From Phoronis australis (Eukaryota; Animalia; Phoronida), in contig NMRA01000410.1 in the NCBI GenBank assembly GCA_002633005.1, positions 337,977 through 401,976 of the forward strand: 64,000 bases of DNA. The letters run 5' to 3'. Each line of letters starts with the position of its first letter. The first letter of the stretch is position 1. The notes beneath the pieces were generated by a model. The model ran no database searches, was not told the origin of the DNA, and saw nothing but the letters and a program-made list of their open reading frames with translations. Made by a program: the position numbers and the translations under genes. Positions 37,801 to 48,200 of the stretch are shown piece after piece.

Positions 37801-40800
37801 GTGGGTTGTACTGCAAGAACAAAGAATGGTAAACAGAATAGCTATGTGAACGGTGAATATGAACGGTATTAAATAGGAAACTGAAGGTTAAGATATGTAA
37901 TGAAGAGCATAGTTTTCTGTTGAACCATAACGAGGGCATACACATATACCCACAGCACTAAACTACACTTGCACTCATTAGGTTTAATGCCCAGAGGATT
38001 TCAATCAAGGATACAACAAAACATAATTACTTAGAAATAAAATTACTTCATATTCTGTGATGGGCATTAAGTGAACACTCCTTGTGGATAGTATTAACTT
38101 GATGACAATAGTGATTTGATGACAACAGTCCCTTTCAGGGTCTCGGATTTTGAGATCAAGTTAAATGCTCATTATTCAGTGGAGGAACCTGGCTCTCAAA
38201 ATGCTGGACTACTGTAAGTGGCTATTAATGTGGCTCTCCTCATGAACACATTAAACGTACAGAATGTTAATCTGTCTAACTTACCCGCACCCAATGAAGG
38301 ATGTGCGGTATTACTTGAACATACCGCACCGTGGGTCGAATTACCCCTGGACAAGTACAAAGTACATTTGGTGTGATTAAGGCACTTCTCGGTTTTGCTG
38401 TGCACGTTGGAAAAAGTTCCTTCTTTACACTTTTCACAGATGGTATTTGTAATCGGGGTACCTGTAAAGTAGAATAATCAGGTCACTCAGGTGTCAATCA
38501 AGAAAGAACTTCTTGTAATTTTTGCATCACTTAAGTACAAAATATTTAACATCTATTTCAGTGAAGGTTCCAAAGAGAGAGTTCTTAATAAGCAATATTA
38601 GACATTTTCAGGCTAAGTACTAGTGGAAGTTGCCTGCACAGAAAGTTGTCCATGTGACCAGATTCTGCTTGTACTACAAGCTTGGCAGTGGCGAGGTGTC
38701 AAGTTGCATGCAAGCTTACAGAGTCATTGTTGAGTCAATATCCTCGCCTATACTCTTGAAAAGAATCCTACGCTGATAGTCTTTGCAAACTTAAATCCAC
38801 AGCTATCTTAAAAGAAACCCTCTAGCTTCAGTCGATGTCATCATTTTCTGGAGATTAACTTGTCAATTAGTAATAAGGTATGAAATTACCCTTTTTAAAC
38901 ATGCTTGTTACCACTAGGGATAACAATTCTATTTTTAGATTTTCATTTTGAAAGTTTTTAAATAGCGTATTTGAATAGCATCACAGCAATTGACGAGTAA
39001 TTGTGTCCAAAATTGGTGAGATTTTACTGCAGTATTGACAATGCTTAACAGCAATAATACAAACCTGGATTGACAACGCCAGAGCCTGGGGGACATGGGC
39101 TGTGTGACTTGCATGAAGGATGACTAGGGTGCTTTAAATAAAATCCCTCCTTACATTGACAGACTGCATCTGTTGTCTTTGTGCAGGTTTTCACAATCTC
39201 TTGGTGTGTAATATCACACGAGTCGCTACATTCCAAACACCTTAAATTTGTGTTGCAGATGTGCATGTAATGGCTGGAACCACACGGTGTACATCTTGTA
39301 GTCTGATCGGTAGTACAATGAGCAACCCTGTGTGAGCCAGGCGGACATAAGTCACAAGCTATACCATTGTGGATGTATGTAGGACAGCTGCTGGATGACA
39401 GAATGCCGAGAGAAAACAGTACCTGAAAGAAAGATTACAGCAAACTTTGTCAAATTTCTGAAGCAGCGTTAGTGAAGAACATAATTGTGAACCTTCAGAA
39501 CTTTTCATGCATTTCTCCAAAACGCAATATTCATGTATGGATTAAAATTATGCATTATTTGCTAGTCAAATACGCGGCTTGTATGGGATGACTTAATTAT
39601 ATTCATCTGCGTGGCAAATCTTTACATGTGGGCCATTTCCAGACACTTCATATTTTGACGTACGAGGGACGATTTGCGCTGACATCATATGTAAGCTATG
39701 GTGGAGGGAACATTAGAGTAACTGGGAGTCAAAAACGACAACATTATTACCATGGGAGTCTGGTGTACCTGAATTGGGTTTTTTCGGGAGGCATATGATG
39801 TAAAATTGTTCGAACAAAAAAGTGTAATTTTTTCTCGCCTGCAATTTAGGTTTTTTAGAAGTCCCCGTTCAAAGTAATAAGTCGGCACTTCACAAAAATG
39901 GTGATGGCTTATAGACAATTACTGTAGCAATGACTGAAAAATCTGAACATATACCTTAAAGCATCCCATAATAGTTGTACCTGATAGACAATTATGGGAT
40001 GCTTTAATACATGATTTTTCAGTCATTGCTTCAGTAATTTAGAAAATATATTTGAATTGACTTCAAGAACTGAATTAAACCTTTGCCACTTAAAAATGGA
40101 TGTGTACTCTATTGCCATCAATTTGATAAAATTGGGTATTAACTCAAAAGACTCTAAACTTTTTACAGGAAAACATCATAATGAAGTGTTCACAGTCACT
40201 CATTTATTAGGAAGCCTCAAAAACTGGTCAAAATAAAATGAAAGTGGTATGTTATAGCTTGAGAGGTTTAGTTCCAGGCAAAGGTAGTACTCAGGGTGTC
40301 TACATGGCTTAACTAAGTTTGCTAAAATAAAACTCTGGGGGATTTCCAAACTACTACTAGGACTAGCAAATATTGCAGTCAACTCAGGTGGCCTTCGCCA
40401 AAGACTAAAAAGCAGAATTTACTCATGGGATAAGAAAAACTTTTAGTTCACATGAGATATGGAAAATATACAACAGGTGCCAGTAATCGGATACAATTTA
40501 TACATCGCTGCAAAATGCCATTTTACACAACTGAGGAGGCAGTGTGACCGTGGGGTTGAGTGTCAGCTTCCTGTTCACAGGGCATAGTTTCAAATCCCAC
40601 AGTAACCCACAGCTAGACCTTTGAGTCAGAGCAGCTCAGACATGTGTTACATTGAAATAGCTTCAACGGTTTAGATGCAACTTTCCCTGCTGAGCAGTCT
40701 GCAGTGATGCGACGGGTGTCAGATTGCCTACGCTATTTTGTCTTACAAGAAAAGGATGGCAAGAATGACAACAATTAACAAAATTACAGATGCCAGTGGA

Positions 40801-41441
40801 GGAAACATCTCATGTCATGTAGATGATCTTGAGATTGACATTTGATATTCTGCATATGATGTGAGATTAGTGTTTTGACATGTTATACTTCGCTGCATGT
40901 ACAAACTGGGACTTTTACAATCCCAGGTACAACGTGTAAATTCCTCTGGTAAGTTGTTTGACATAACTGTCTCTATAGACACAGCTTGGCTGGTAATAGA
41001 ATTTGTCCCATACTGCTGAAACCTGGGGACAGTTAATAGACTTCTGCCTCCTGTGTTGTATACTGATTTTTTAAAGCTAAGGCTGCTTAACGAATTTGGT
41101 CTACGACAGCATAACTGGCATAGTAATCGGTGGAGTTGATAAGTGCCATCTCAACCAAAATGTTGGGGGGTGAAGATGGGCTTCCATCTCCCCCAAAATT
41201 CTGCATGTTATTAAGTATCAATTAATTAATAATTAGCCATTAAAAATTTCAACACGCAAACTTTATTTGAATATAAAATGTAACAGAATTCTCATGTCCC
41301 CTAGCCATCAGTTATGCTTCCTAAGCACAGCGAAGGTTTTTAAAAATCTTTATATGGCTAGGAAATTTTTTTTCTCTGAGGCCAATCCCTAGTATACAGA
41401 ATTAGGGTACTTACCAAACTATAATGTAAAACTCTGGTCAT
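10762..41441 (-). CDS. TNF receptor superfamily death receptor (signal peptide - 4 CRDs - TM - cassette-exon linker - death domain); ~570 aa if all 16 proposed coding exons are used
   Basis: Exons 41415-41441, 39065-39422, 38285-38461, 34366-34506, 25559-25636, 24576-24653, 21431-21508, 20194-20283, 19691-19777, 17404-17469, 17242-17322, 14815-14877, 14652-14741, 14342-14425, 12760-12839, 10762-10896 have AG/GT (one GC) ends and compatible phases, and sum to 1713 nt without an internal stop. Linkage into one transcript is inferred. Confidence 0.8.
11161..11422. mobile_element. Shorter, older member of the CAGGGCTTGGAAT MITE family
   Basis: Starts cacggctgggaatgacc and ends gcggaaaattccaagccctg, like 31486-31992; TSD not preserved. 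Confidence 0.65.
12760..12839 (-). CDS. Death receptor exon, death domain middle (GEELTDPNIRNIEYDFYLQGINEVKYE)
   Basis: ttgccttgtag acceptor, GAG|gtaaaa donor, phase 1->0; L...I..IE...E..Y death-domain pattern. Confidence 0.85.
12990..13147. mobile_element. Small inverted-repeat element (MITE-like)
   Basis: tttaaggacgaatttt ... aaaattcgtccttaaa inverted pair. Confidence 0.55.
14342..14425 (-). CDS. Death receptor exon, death domain start (EMSLREFFYKVASILHPHNWKEVMRKLP)
   Basis: Polypyrimidine-cag acceptor, CAG|gtatgt donor, 84 nt phase 1-1; hallmark WK..(M/A)R.L motif. Confidence 0.88.
14652..14741 (-). CDS. Cytoplasmic cassette exon (VTAASKSSSCKGGRSVAPDHETMEQEPLEQ)
   Basis: catcttctag / CAAG|gtatgc, 90 nt; paralogous to 17242-17322 and 20194-20283. 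Confidence 0.75.
14815..14877 (-). CDS. Probable cytoplasmic cassette exon (GINDGDTSSDFQLEDAKVLDS), GC donor (alternative GT donor would end the exon at 14803)
   Basis: gtttctctag acceptor; TCCG|gcatgt; both possible ends keep phase 1-1; positionally equivalent to 17404-17469. Confidence 0.45.
15800..16313 (+). mobile_element. Insertion absent from the paralogous block; possible 3' end of an L2/CR1-type retroelement
   Basis: Missing at the equivalent site (~18585-18600); flanked by attatt; ends gcgcatataaatacg-attatt. Confidence 0.35.
17063..17212. mobile_element. 150-bp PIF/Harbinger-type MITE, CTG TSD
   Basis: TIRs ggcccagttgcataa / ttatgcaactcagcc; CTG duplicated; empty site cacctggaggt in the paralogous block at ~20167. 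Confidence 0.85.
17242..17322 (-). CDS. Cytoplasmic cassette exon (xTVVTFSSNENSVVLDLGTTVQESLKQ) with TVQE TRAF-type motif
   Basis: tgtcttccag / CAAG|gtataa, 81 nt; length differs from its paralogs by 9 nt, keeping frame. Confidence 0.75.
17404..17469 (-). CDS. Cytoplasmic cassette exon (VPFQVQGSVESNDCQASPFFKF)
   Basis: atttctgtag / A|gtaagt, 66 nt, phase 1-1, open. Confidence 0.6.
17690..18345. repeat. ~55-bp minisatellite (aaagtttgggtacacccattttcatttcactgtacccaagaccactgaca...), interrupted
   Basis: Repeated aaagtttgg.tacaccca...ttcact units; same family at 20935-21340. Confidence 0.85.
19691..19777 (-). CDS. Cytoplasmic cassette exon (AACRSRLSSSNDAYVHSTDQLLDGEPSNT)
   Basis: Strong acceptor tctttatttctttcag, ACAG|gtacct, 87 nt, phase 1-1, open. 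Confidence 0.6.
20194..20283 (-). CDS. Cytoplasmic cassette exon (DTAAAKSSSSGKRRSVVSELGITDQERLEQ) with TDQE motif
   Basis: tgtcttccag / CAAG|gtataa, 90 nt, phase 1-1. Confidence 0.75.
20352..20419 (-). pseudogene. Dead paralog of exon 17404-17469
   Basis: Same acceptor and FQVQG start, but GAA->TAA and the donor reads gatagt instead of gtaagt. Confidence 0.6.
20935..21340. repeat. ~55-bp minisatellite, ~7-8 copies
   Basis: Same unit as 17690-18345. Confidence 0.85.
21431..21508 (-). CDS. Cytoplasmic cassette exon (GKTLELKRSTSRTSDSEEEPLMEKNN) with SEEE TRAF-type and EEEPLM dileucine-type motifs
   Basis: tgtctatttcag acceptor, G|gtttgt donor (same donor as the CRD exon), 78 nt, phase 1-1. 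Confidence 0.7.
24576..24653 (-). CDS. Cytoplasmic cassette exon copy 2 (DDDNSNGGEKQSLTQDQELPEMCTTS)
   Basis: ttttacttacag / GCG|gtatga, 78 nt, phase 1-1. Confidence 0.7.
25559..25636 (-). CDS. Cytoplasmic cassette exon copy 1 (DDDNSNGGEKQSLNQDQELNEICTKG)
   Basis: Same splice sites as 24576-24653, 78 nt, phase 1-1. Confidence 0.7.
27666..28251. mobile_element. Non-autonomous DNA transposon with ~17-bp TIRs
   Basis: cagtgcttaaaaccacca ... tggtggttttaagcactt; no clear TSD. Confidence 0.65.
29290..29850. mobile_element. Cluster of GC-rich MITE remnants (caggggcgga... type)
   Basis: caggggcggaaccagg at ~29547 with G/C runs and aatccg end; similar to 60868-61016. Confidence 0.45.
30727..34080 (+). 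mobile_element. Helentron-associated non-autonomous element (HINE/DINE-1/pearl-like) with ~150-bp core tandem array
   Basis: Start aacaagagcaacgc..aatgcgcccac (30727, again ~31380); ~150-bp cores; (gacg)n microsatellite at ~33310 and ~33975; 3' hairpin atgcgtccacatat-aa-atatgtgggcgtat then aaaaa (33360, 34047). Confidence 0.7.
31486..31992. mobile_element. CAGGGCTTGGAAT-family MITE nested in the HINE array, 6-bp TSD (ATATAT)
   Basis: caggacttggaat...attccaagccctg with atatat on both sides; reverse-oriented homolog of 4185-4665. Confidence 0.9.
34366..34506 (-). CDS. Death receptor transmembrane exon (GTNGHISLTTGTIVAIIVVPLVMIVATFCFSLLGCYDWIKNVVCGKK)
   Basis: ttttttctacag acceptor, AAAG|gtaagt donor, 141 nt phase 1-1; hydrophobic helix followed by Cys and basic residues. 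Confidence 0.88.
35289..36345 (+). repeat. Second block of the HINE core tandem array
   Basis: Same gccactag-containing ~150-bp units as 32.3-33.9 kb. Confidence 0.85.
37325..37488 (-). pseudogene. THAP-domain 5' exon of a P-element-like transposon, frameshifted
   Basis: MGKDTFCSAINCTNSSTKTPDMSFF/RFPKNPE (one extra T in a T7 run), followed by gtaag; upstream CATAG..cgccatctggcg terminus-like sequence. Confidence 0.6.
38285..38461 (-). CDS. Death receptor exon, CRD3 end + CRD4 (GTPITNTICEKCKEGTFSNVHSKTEKCLNHTKCTLYLSRGNSTHGAVCSSNTAHPSLGA)
   Basis: actttacag / GCGG|gtaagt, 177 nt; GT...NT.C..C..GTFS...S....C..H..C is the OPG/DcR3/DR6-type CRD pattern. Confidence 0.93.
39065..39422 (-). CDS. 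Death receptor exon, end of signal peptide + CRD1-3 (VLFSLGILSSSSCPTYIHNGIACDLCPPGSHRVAHC...CPPGSGVVNP)
   Basis: ctttctttcag / CCAG|gtttgt, 358 nt; CDxCPPG and CT.T.D.VC.C..GFY TNFR motifs. Confidence 0.95.
39917..40039. repeat. ~120-bp foldback palindrome
   Basis: aattactg.agcaatgactgaaaaatc...ttaaagcatcccataat / attatgggatgctttaa...gatttttcagtcattgct.cagtaatt. Confidence 0.85.
41415..41441 (-). CDS. Death receptor start exon (MTRVLHYSL); exon probably extends as 5'UTR to an acceptor at 41625
   Basis: catcATGA start, TTG|gtaagt donor, phase 0 joins VLFSLGILSS to give a signal peptide. Confidence 0.75.
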
Positions 41442-42444
41442 GATGATACGAGAGCAAGCATTTTTTTATTATAACACTCTTTAACACAAGCTAGGTCCCT
41501 TCTGACAATTATGGTAGGTCTTTTGCTTTCTAAACTTCTGATGCTGGTGTTGTTGACATCTTCGACCAATCTTGTCATAAGGAATTGATGTAGTCAGAAC
41601 TGAAATGCTGTACTTTATGCTGAGCCTGAAATTATCAAATCCAATCCTTAACACCAGTTGAGCTCCTTAACTCCAAAATACCTTTTGAAACATTTTTTGT
41701 ACCCCTGCCTCGCCCAGTCGGCCACTTTAAAAAGAGTCGAATACAGGGGTCCACGATTTTACAGGCAATCAGTGAATAACATAGTTGGCAAAATATTGAA
41801 ACTCAAAATGTGTGCCGAACATGAGTCATCGTCAGACAGGTTACATAAGGTTGTCCTCAAATGATTCACTTTAGACCAATGTATCAGTGACACTGGTAGC
41901 CCTCAGGTACCTCAATGACCATCGTCTGTGCTGCACCAAAAAACACCAAAATCACGTTGTTATACCGTAAATACCTTTTTGCACACAGAGGGACACCTTA
42001 GCCTTAGGGCTTAGGAGGTCGTTGATGTATTTATACTCCTTTCAACTCGAACAAATACAAATTTCTTCGAGCAGTCCTTTGTCCAGTTCCCAAACTAAAT
42101 TGGCATCTAACCAAATTGGCATCTTGCCATGATCAATCACACTGCGCACGCTGGCGGCTGGGGATATGTACGTCATATGCCACTCGCGCAAGACCCCCTC
42201 TCACAAAACGTTTAGTACAATATTAATAGTAAAAATGCTCACGTTCTGAAGGCTGAAAACACCTTTACCAATGTCGTGAAGGTGTGGTGCTTTTAAACTT
42301 TACGAAGACACAGTAAATCTTGGTACAAGACAACTCGGTTCATTCAATTGAATTGCGTCACTCCAAAACACAAATCACGGTGAGACTGGGAATTTCATTT
42401 ACCCACTCGCAAAAGCATAACTTTTTTTTACTCTCGCGACATCT

Positions 42445-42550
42445 AGCGCCCAGACTCGCTGGTTCCCTGCGTACCGCTAGGTAGAGCGGTAGCCGCGCCA
42501 GCACTGCTGGCTGGGCTGAGCACGCAGGGAACCAGCGAGGCGCCGAGATA
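42445..42550. mobile_element. GC-rich hairpin MITE in the putative first intron
   Basis: ctcgctggttccctgcgt ... acgcagggaaccagcgag, a perfect 18-bp inverted repeat. Confidence 0.75.
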
Positions 42551-42650
42551 GCGTATTACCGGATGTAGCTCTTTGACCTCTTTCTGATTCCGGCATTTGC
42601 TGGTGCAGAAACAGACTGCGATTGAAAGCGAATATACAAGCGACATTTAC

Positions 42651-42790
42651 CTGCCTTGCGTCTTCTGTTTCAAAATTACTGATTACTTCTAATGGAGCTA
42701 TTCGGAAAATCTACAATAACTAGAGGGCGCGCGTGTACTAGTCGTGGTGATGGATTAACAGCCTCGATTTCGTGAGCCCTTTAAATACAT
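42651..42790 (-). promoter_or_regulatory. Candidate promoter and non-coding first exon of the death receptor
   Basis: GCAG|gtaaat donor at 42651/42650; TATTTAAA at 42787-42780; locally CpG-rich. Confidence 0.4.
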
Positions 42791-43239
42791 GGTGAAATGG
42801 CTTGCAACCGTGCCAACTGAATCTGAGATTGCGTGAAAAGGGTGCTTCTATGAGAGGAAGTAAGCACGACCTTATACAAATGTAAGGTTTGTGATTATTT
42901 TAACGATTATTCCATGCTTATTCTACCGATGCCTGTTAACTGAGGTACTCGCCGATGTCGACTTCGCGGCAGTCGCCAGTCGGCTTAAATTCTTTGCGAT
43001 ACGATACTTGACGTAGCAATCGGGATCTTTTCGTACATCAAAACATTATTATTGTTTGGAATGATTTCTAACACTTTATCAGTGACAGTTACATCAATCA
43101 ATACTGAATTTTTATGCTGTCAACTCGATACAGGTTACAATCCAAGCCCAATGGCAAAGCGGGGTACATGACAAATACCTATCACATTAGACTATTTGTT
43201 TACTCCCTATCATATATCTTCTGGAAATCTATTACACGT

Positions 43240-46030
43240 TGAAATGGAAATCTGTCACGTCTGTTTTCACGTAACCTTTGGTTTTTAGGTTTGAGGGCAT
43301 TGCTTCTGCACCGTCCCTGAATGGACAAAAATTGCTTTTTAGCATTTGACTGCAGCTAACCAACAAGATCTTCCCATCCAGTGCAGATCTTTTGTCAAAG
43401 CCTACTTTCAATATTGGAGGCAACGAACAAAGCCTTTGAAAAGGAACAGCTATTTTTAAAGAAAGGTATGTAAGTCATTTTGTTAATTTTCTTATTCAGG
43501 TCCTTAGCGGGGGATTGGCATGGGGGGTTGGGGTTGTAATATTTGGTACAACTGAATGTGTGGAAATAACAGGTAATACATGTTTGGGGAAAAGAGCATG
43601 GTGAGGTAATTCTTAACCTTCATGAAGTACCCTTCAAGTTGATTTCTTGAAACTGTTTTGCTACTTGTATCAATTATAAACCCATGAAAATATATTACAT
43701 TTTCTGAATTCACAGTGACTGAATAGTCTTAACTCATGCCTTGAAATGTTGCAAGTCATTATAAATTCAAATGCCTGCCATTTTTGTGAAAATTGCATTT
43801 TTATGGTGCCTTACGATTTGTAATTACTCTTAAACAACAGAAAGATTAATCATCATTTTTAAATGACCCAAATCATCATATCCTCTATTAGAAGAAAAAT
43901 TAAAAGTCTGAGAAACGGTTCCCTCAACCTTAGACTAGAAGTATTCCTGACAGACCCATGAACCTGTAATCGGAGTTTAAAATTGCTGAAAGTATCAAAA
44001 TTAAAAAGGCTTGAAAATGGGTAACAAAGGTTTGACGTCTAAAAAAGCTTGTAGATTTTGCGGACAAGTGATGCGTTTAAAGAATTGTTATGACTAGGAA
44101 TAAAAAATAAAGACAGTTTTATGCATTACTTTTATATACACCCTTGGTTTCTGAAAATAGTCATAATTTTATGTGAAACTATAGAGCAGTCACCATATAT
44201 TTTTGAACAACAGGGATAACGTTTTTGACCCAATCTGGAGTACTTAATTATTCACATTTCAATATTTGTTCTAGGTTCAGTGACATTTTAAAGCCACTTC
44301 AAGCTGTATCATAGACAAGCTTTGTTACTCCGTTCTCTTCCCACAGCACTTCCAAACACCAGCAGTGCTGCATGGCACAATGTACAAGTCAGTGGCCCTG
44401 GAGAAATGTGAATCGCAGTACTAAGTTACCATAAGACAATGTGTGTGGAGTGCCTGTGTATTCAGACGAACTATATCTGACTGCTACAAGTAAGCCTTGT
44501 TGGTGAGGATGCCCTTTCATAGGCAATGAGTCATGTGTGGACAATAGCTTATTTCCTTTCCTGGAAGAAACATGAGGGACTGAAGCTAAAGAAGACCTAG
44601 AGACACTCTGGTCTACTTCAAGGGTCTGATTTTGGGCTCAAAGCGATTCAAGTGATATGCTGCTGTGTTTACCTTCAAGGGTCTAATTGTGGATGTTATT
44701 GAGGCTGAATGAGGTTACATGAAAGAAATCCATGTGTGGAAACTGGACCTTTTTTACAAGCGCTTCTATAGGCCATTGAAACTAAATCCCAGTGCAATGA
44801 AAGCCAAAAGCTGAGTGACATTAAATTTTCCTTTCAGAATAAAGGCTTTATACTATTGGTAAAAACTTTTCAATTTGGTACACATTATGGGAAAATGACA
44901 TTCAGTGACTGATTGTCTCATTGTATGTTTTCAATTGTAGCTAGCTGGATAAGATTCTGCCATGCACAAGATTTGAGAATAAACAATTATCAATGTATTT
45001 AAAAACAAATGGCAAACTGAAAAAGCACAGAAAGAAACAAAATTGCGACGGAGTCCATAACCAGGCATATCAAGTGCTAATTTCTGAATTATGTTCAATT
45101 CTCTCAGGTTATTGCTGAAGGATTGCTTTTCACTTTGTCCAAAGGTAAACTCGGGCGGTTGGTTTCAGTTGTTTTCGCTCACCTGTAACAGAATAGTCGG
45201 AGAAATATTAGCAAATTGTAAAGGAAAAGACAAGACAAAACTACTTTTGTAAGGCAGAACATACTTGACGTTTCATCTTCATGTTTATGTGTAGAAACTA
45301 ATAACCTTTGTACCCAAGTCTTATTTAATATCTGAATTAAAATATGTGAAACAGGCTAAAAGTGTTTTAACAATGCGTATTTTTCATGACACTTAAAATG
45401 TGATCTCAACAAGTAAAATTCATTCTAAGTGTCAATTTTTCTTCCAATACAATGTTACGACATTTACTGAATTAAGGCTTATTCATGTTGATTCGATAAC
45501 TGATCTGGTAGTCCTGGGGGTGGAGGCTGCGATAAAATAAGGAAACTCACACATCTAGAGAATTTTATTGGAAACAGCATAGTTTTGAAGAGAAACTGCT
45601 GTGAAAAAGTCACCCTTGACTTCTGTGCATCACGTACCATACACCTCTTATTTTGGGAGCACTCCCACCCAGGACAATATGAATGTGTGCTGCTAGCCTA
45701 CCCGGCATCGGGTGAATTTCCCAAAAGAAACACTAGTTCCACTCAATAAGCCTGTTATTCAGTGGGGTAACTGGTGGGGATAACATCACCAAACGATGTT
45801 GATAGAAACTTGATTGCTATAAACTTACCAAGTGATGTTGTGTAGTCTCCGAATGGAACTGCATAGTCATAGAGCACACACGGGGCTTCAGCATCCACAC
45901 ACTTTTTGTCAATTAGTTGACCCTTTTGACCGCAATTGTCCACGAATATAGTAACCTTAGGTCTTTCGGGAATTTGTGGCCACCTGTCAAAGACTTGCAC
46001 CAGGGAAATTAGCAGTAATAAGGCTTAGCA
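43240..46030. mobile_element. Decayed ISL2EU/IS4EU-like DNA transposon: THAP(-transposase) relic on minus strand, SWIM-type gene relic on plus strand
   Basis: Minus: YC*FPWCKSLTGGHKFPKD....SWTIAVKR..VCS, spliced to GERKQLKPTA (45183), then FHTWISFM (~44740). Plus: AQCT../GPGEM and TATSKPCW*GCP (44375-44515). Many stops and frameshifts. Confidence 0.45.
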
Positions 46031-48052
46031 CGACGACGTATTTTGATAACAATTCCATGTTTTACCAGTTGTTTACATGCAGACACCCACACATTCAATC
46101 ACCACAAGTACAGCAGCGACACAGCCCCATTGTTAGCGTGTTCAAGATTACAGTTGTAAAGGCATAATTACTTAGTAGTGCATAATTTGTCATTGATTAG
46201 TAGTTTGCAGATCCGTGTTTAAAGCCTTAAAAAAGGTCTAGGGCATAGACATCACATAGTGTATTAAGATGTCTCTATGGTCTAGAGTACTGAGAAAATT
46301 GTTTTGTAACCTTAGACTTAGTAACTGTTCGTTAGGTATTAATTTTCATATTATATAAGTGTTCCAGTAACTCATAAGTTTGGTTGTAGACTTCCAGACG
46401 CTTGAACTGCAATAAATTATCAAATGAGAATGAGGGTGAGTCCGTAAAATTATTACATCTCAGTTCAAGTGTTTCTCTGGAACATATTGTTGCCTGAATC
46501 AATGATGTTAATTACTATGTGCTAGAACCGTTTCAGTGTTGTGTCATGTCATGTTTTTTGTGTCATGTTGGCAATTGTAGTTATAGCCGAGTTTGCCCAA
46601 CCTCAGGGTATTGAACCGCAACCCTCATAAAACTGGTGCTAACCATTCAGCCAATGGGCAATTTCCCATCAGCGAGTGGCTAACAGACTCGTAAAATTCA
46701 CTGGAAGTACGTTTACAACTCAACCATTAGGTTTTTGTCTATGGCTTGTATACATAGTAATGTATGTTTTGCGCAATATGTATGTCTTCTTCCATATGTA
46801 CCTCTCTGTAAATAATTTCTAAACATGTATTTTCTGTTTGTAAGTAGCACTTGTGCTAATGTCTCTTTTGTTGTATCTACCCACATCCTGATTTATAATG
46901 TACGCTTTACCTATACCTACACTTACCAATTCTGGGGTTTGTTGAAAAAACTAAATTGTGATTTAGGCCACTTATTGACTGCCCTTTGATCTTGCAAGGA
47001 ACTGGCAGTCTCTCAGTGGTAACTGTACATGACTTAATTGGCCACAGTATTTTACAGTCCACACACAGGTTGTATTGGAATTTAGATAACAGTGGACTGT
47101 CATTTGTAAAAAAGTTTGGGTTTAAGATATAACTAGTTAACATTAGCATAAGTGATAGTTTTCGACAATGGGACTAAATACAAATATTTACATGTATACG
47201 ATATAGTACAGAGCCAGGATGAGGTTGGTGGCTTATCTACCAATAGAGGGAGTACACATATGAGCTTGGGTTTTAAGGCAATATCTGAGAGTTGTCGCAA
47301 CTGTTACATTGACAGAGTTGTGAAGAATTCATGAGCAGCTGATTGGAAAACATTTAGTGTACTCATGCTTCTAGTATTATTTGGGAGACTTCTACGTCTT
47401 ATGTTTTGATAATAAAGAGAAAAATAATCATTAGTTTTTTAATATAGCTTGGAATACTTAATGGCTTTCACAGTTAAACTGTTGCAAATTTTGTTAAATG
47501 CTATTAGTTTGTCATGGAAATTATTGATTCTATTACAAACACTTTAACTTATTTATTCCAGGTAAAGGTGATCACAGTATTTTCAAGTACATCAAGAACA
47601 AAAGAACCATCAGCCTCTACTTGGAAGTATATATTGGACAATTTGTAAGTTTTTGCTCAGATGGTAAGTTTAACACTACAGCAGTGTTAGAGGTACATTT
47701 CATCCTGTATAAGGGGCTTAAAACCGGAAATTAAATATTGCCTTTTATTTCAGTCTTTAAAACTTGTTCTTGCTAACATGGAAAACTCTTACCATTACCA
47801 GCAAATAACATAAAGAAAACTACCATTAATTCGAGGAGTGATTCTTTATTAAAAGTATAAACTCACTGATCAACCAAATTCTTGGGTTTTGATTTTTTGA
47901 GGTTCCTAGTTATGTTATGTTACTAGCATAAAGCAGAACAAGTTCAAAGTTGAAGTCACTGATGAGATGTAAATGGTCGACTTTTTTATTGCACGCTTTT
48001 CAAAAGTTGACTGAAGTTTGTTAACACAGTGATTTCTCTTTTTTCGTTGTTA

Positions 48053-48200
48053 GAGACATCTCAGGAAAGTACAATGCGGTACTTCTTCTTGCGGGGACGA
48101 ATGTCATAGCAAAGAAACACCACCTGATGACGACTGCACACGACCATCAAGCATGGATCTACATTAATTTGTATCGTCTCTTCTGCCCCGTTTGGATAAG
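48053..48200 (+). pseudogene. SGNH/GDSL-esterase-like fragment
   Basis: YNAVLLLAGTN and, after a frameshift, VSSLLPRLD; bracketed by ttgttag and gtaagt. Confidence 0.4.

Larger units (their letters stand above)
34636..38143. repeat. ~650-bp duplicate (34636-35287 and 37495-38143), with n gaps at its borders; probably allelic or an assembly duplication
   Basis: Near-identical sequence and near-identical 89-90 aa ORFs; n at 34635, 35288 and 37494. Confidence 0.85.

Noticed and set aside
34817-37945. Two near-identical 89-90 aa ORFs as a gene pair
   Set aside because: Intronic, featureless, and inside a duplicate bordered by n gaps that is likely an assembly or haplotype artefact.
10762-41441. 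Assigning a vertebrate symbol (TNFRSF21, TNFRSF11B or FAS)
   Set aside because: CRDs look OPG/DR6-like, but orthology cannot be established without a phylogeny.
42800-44700. Plus-strand splice sites as 5' exons of the KAP gene (bidirectional promoter)
   Set aside because: Better explained by a decayed SWIM-type transposon gene; cannot be tied to the KAP exon.
45755-47149. Spliced minus-strand gene from ORFs 46907-47149 and 45755-46000
   Set aside because: The recognisable protein (THAP) is in another, broken frame, so it was treated as a transposon relic.
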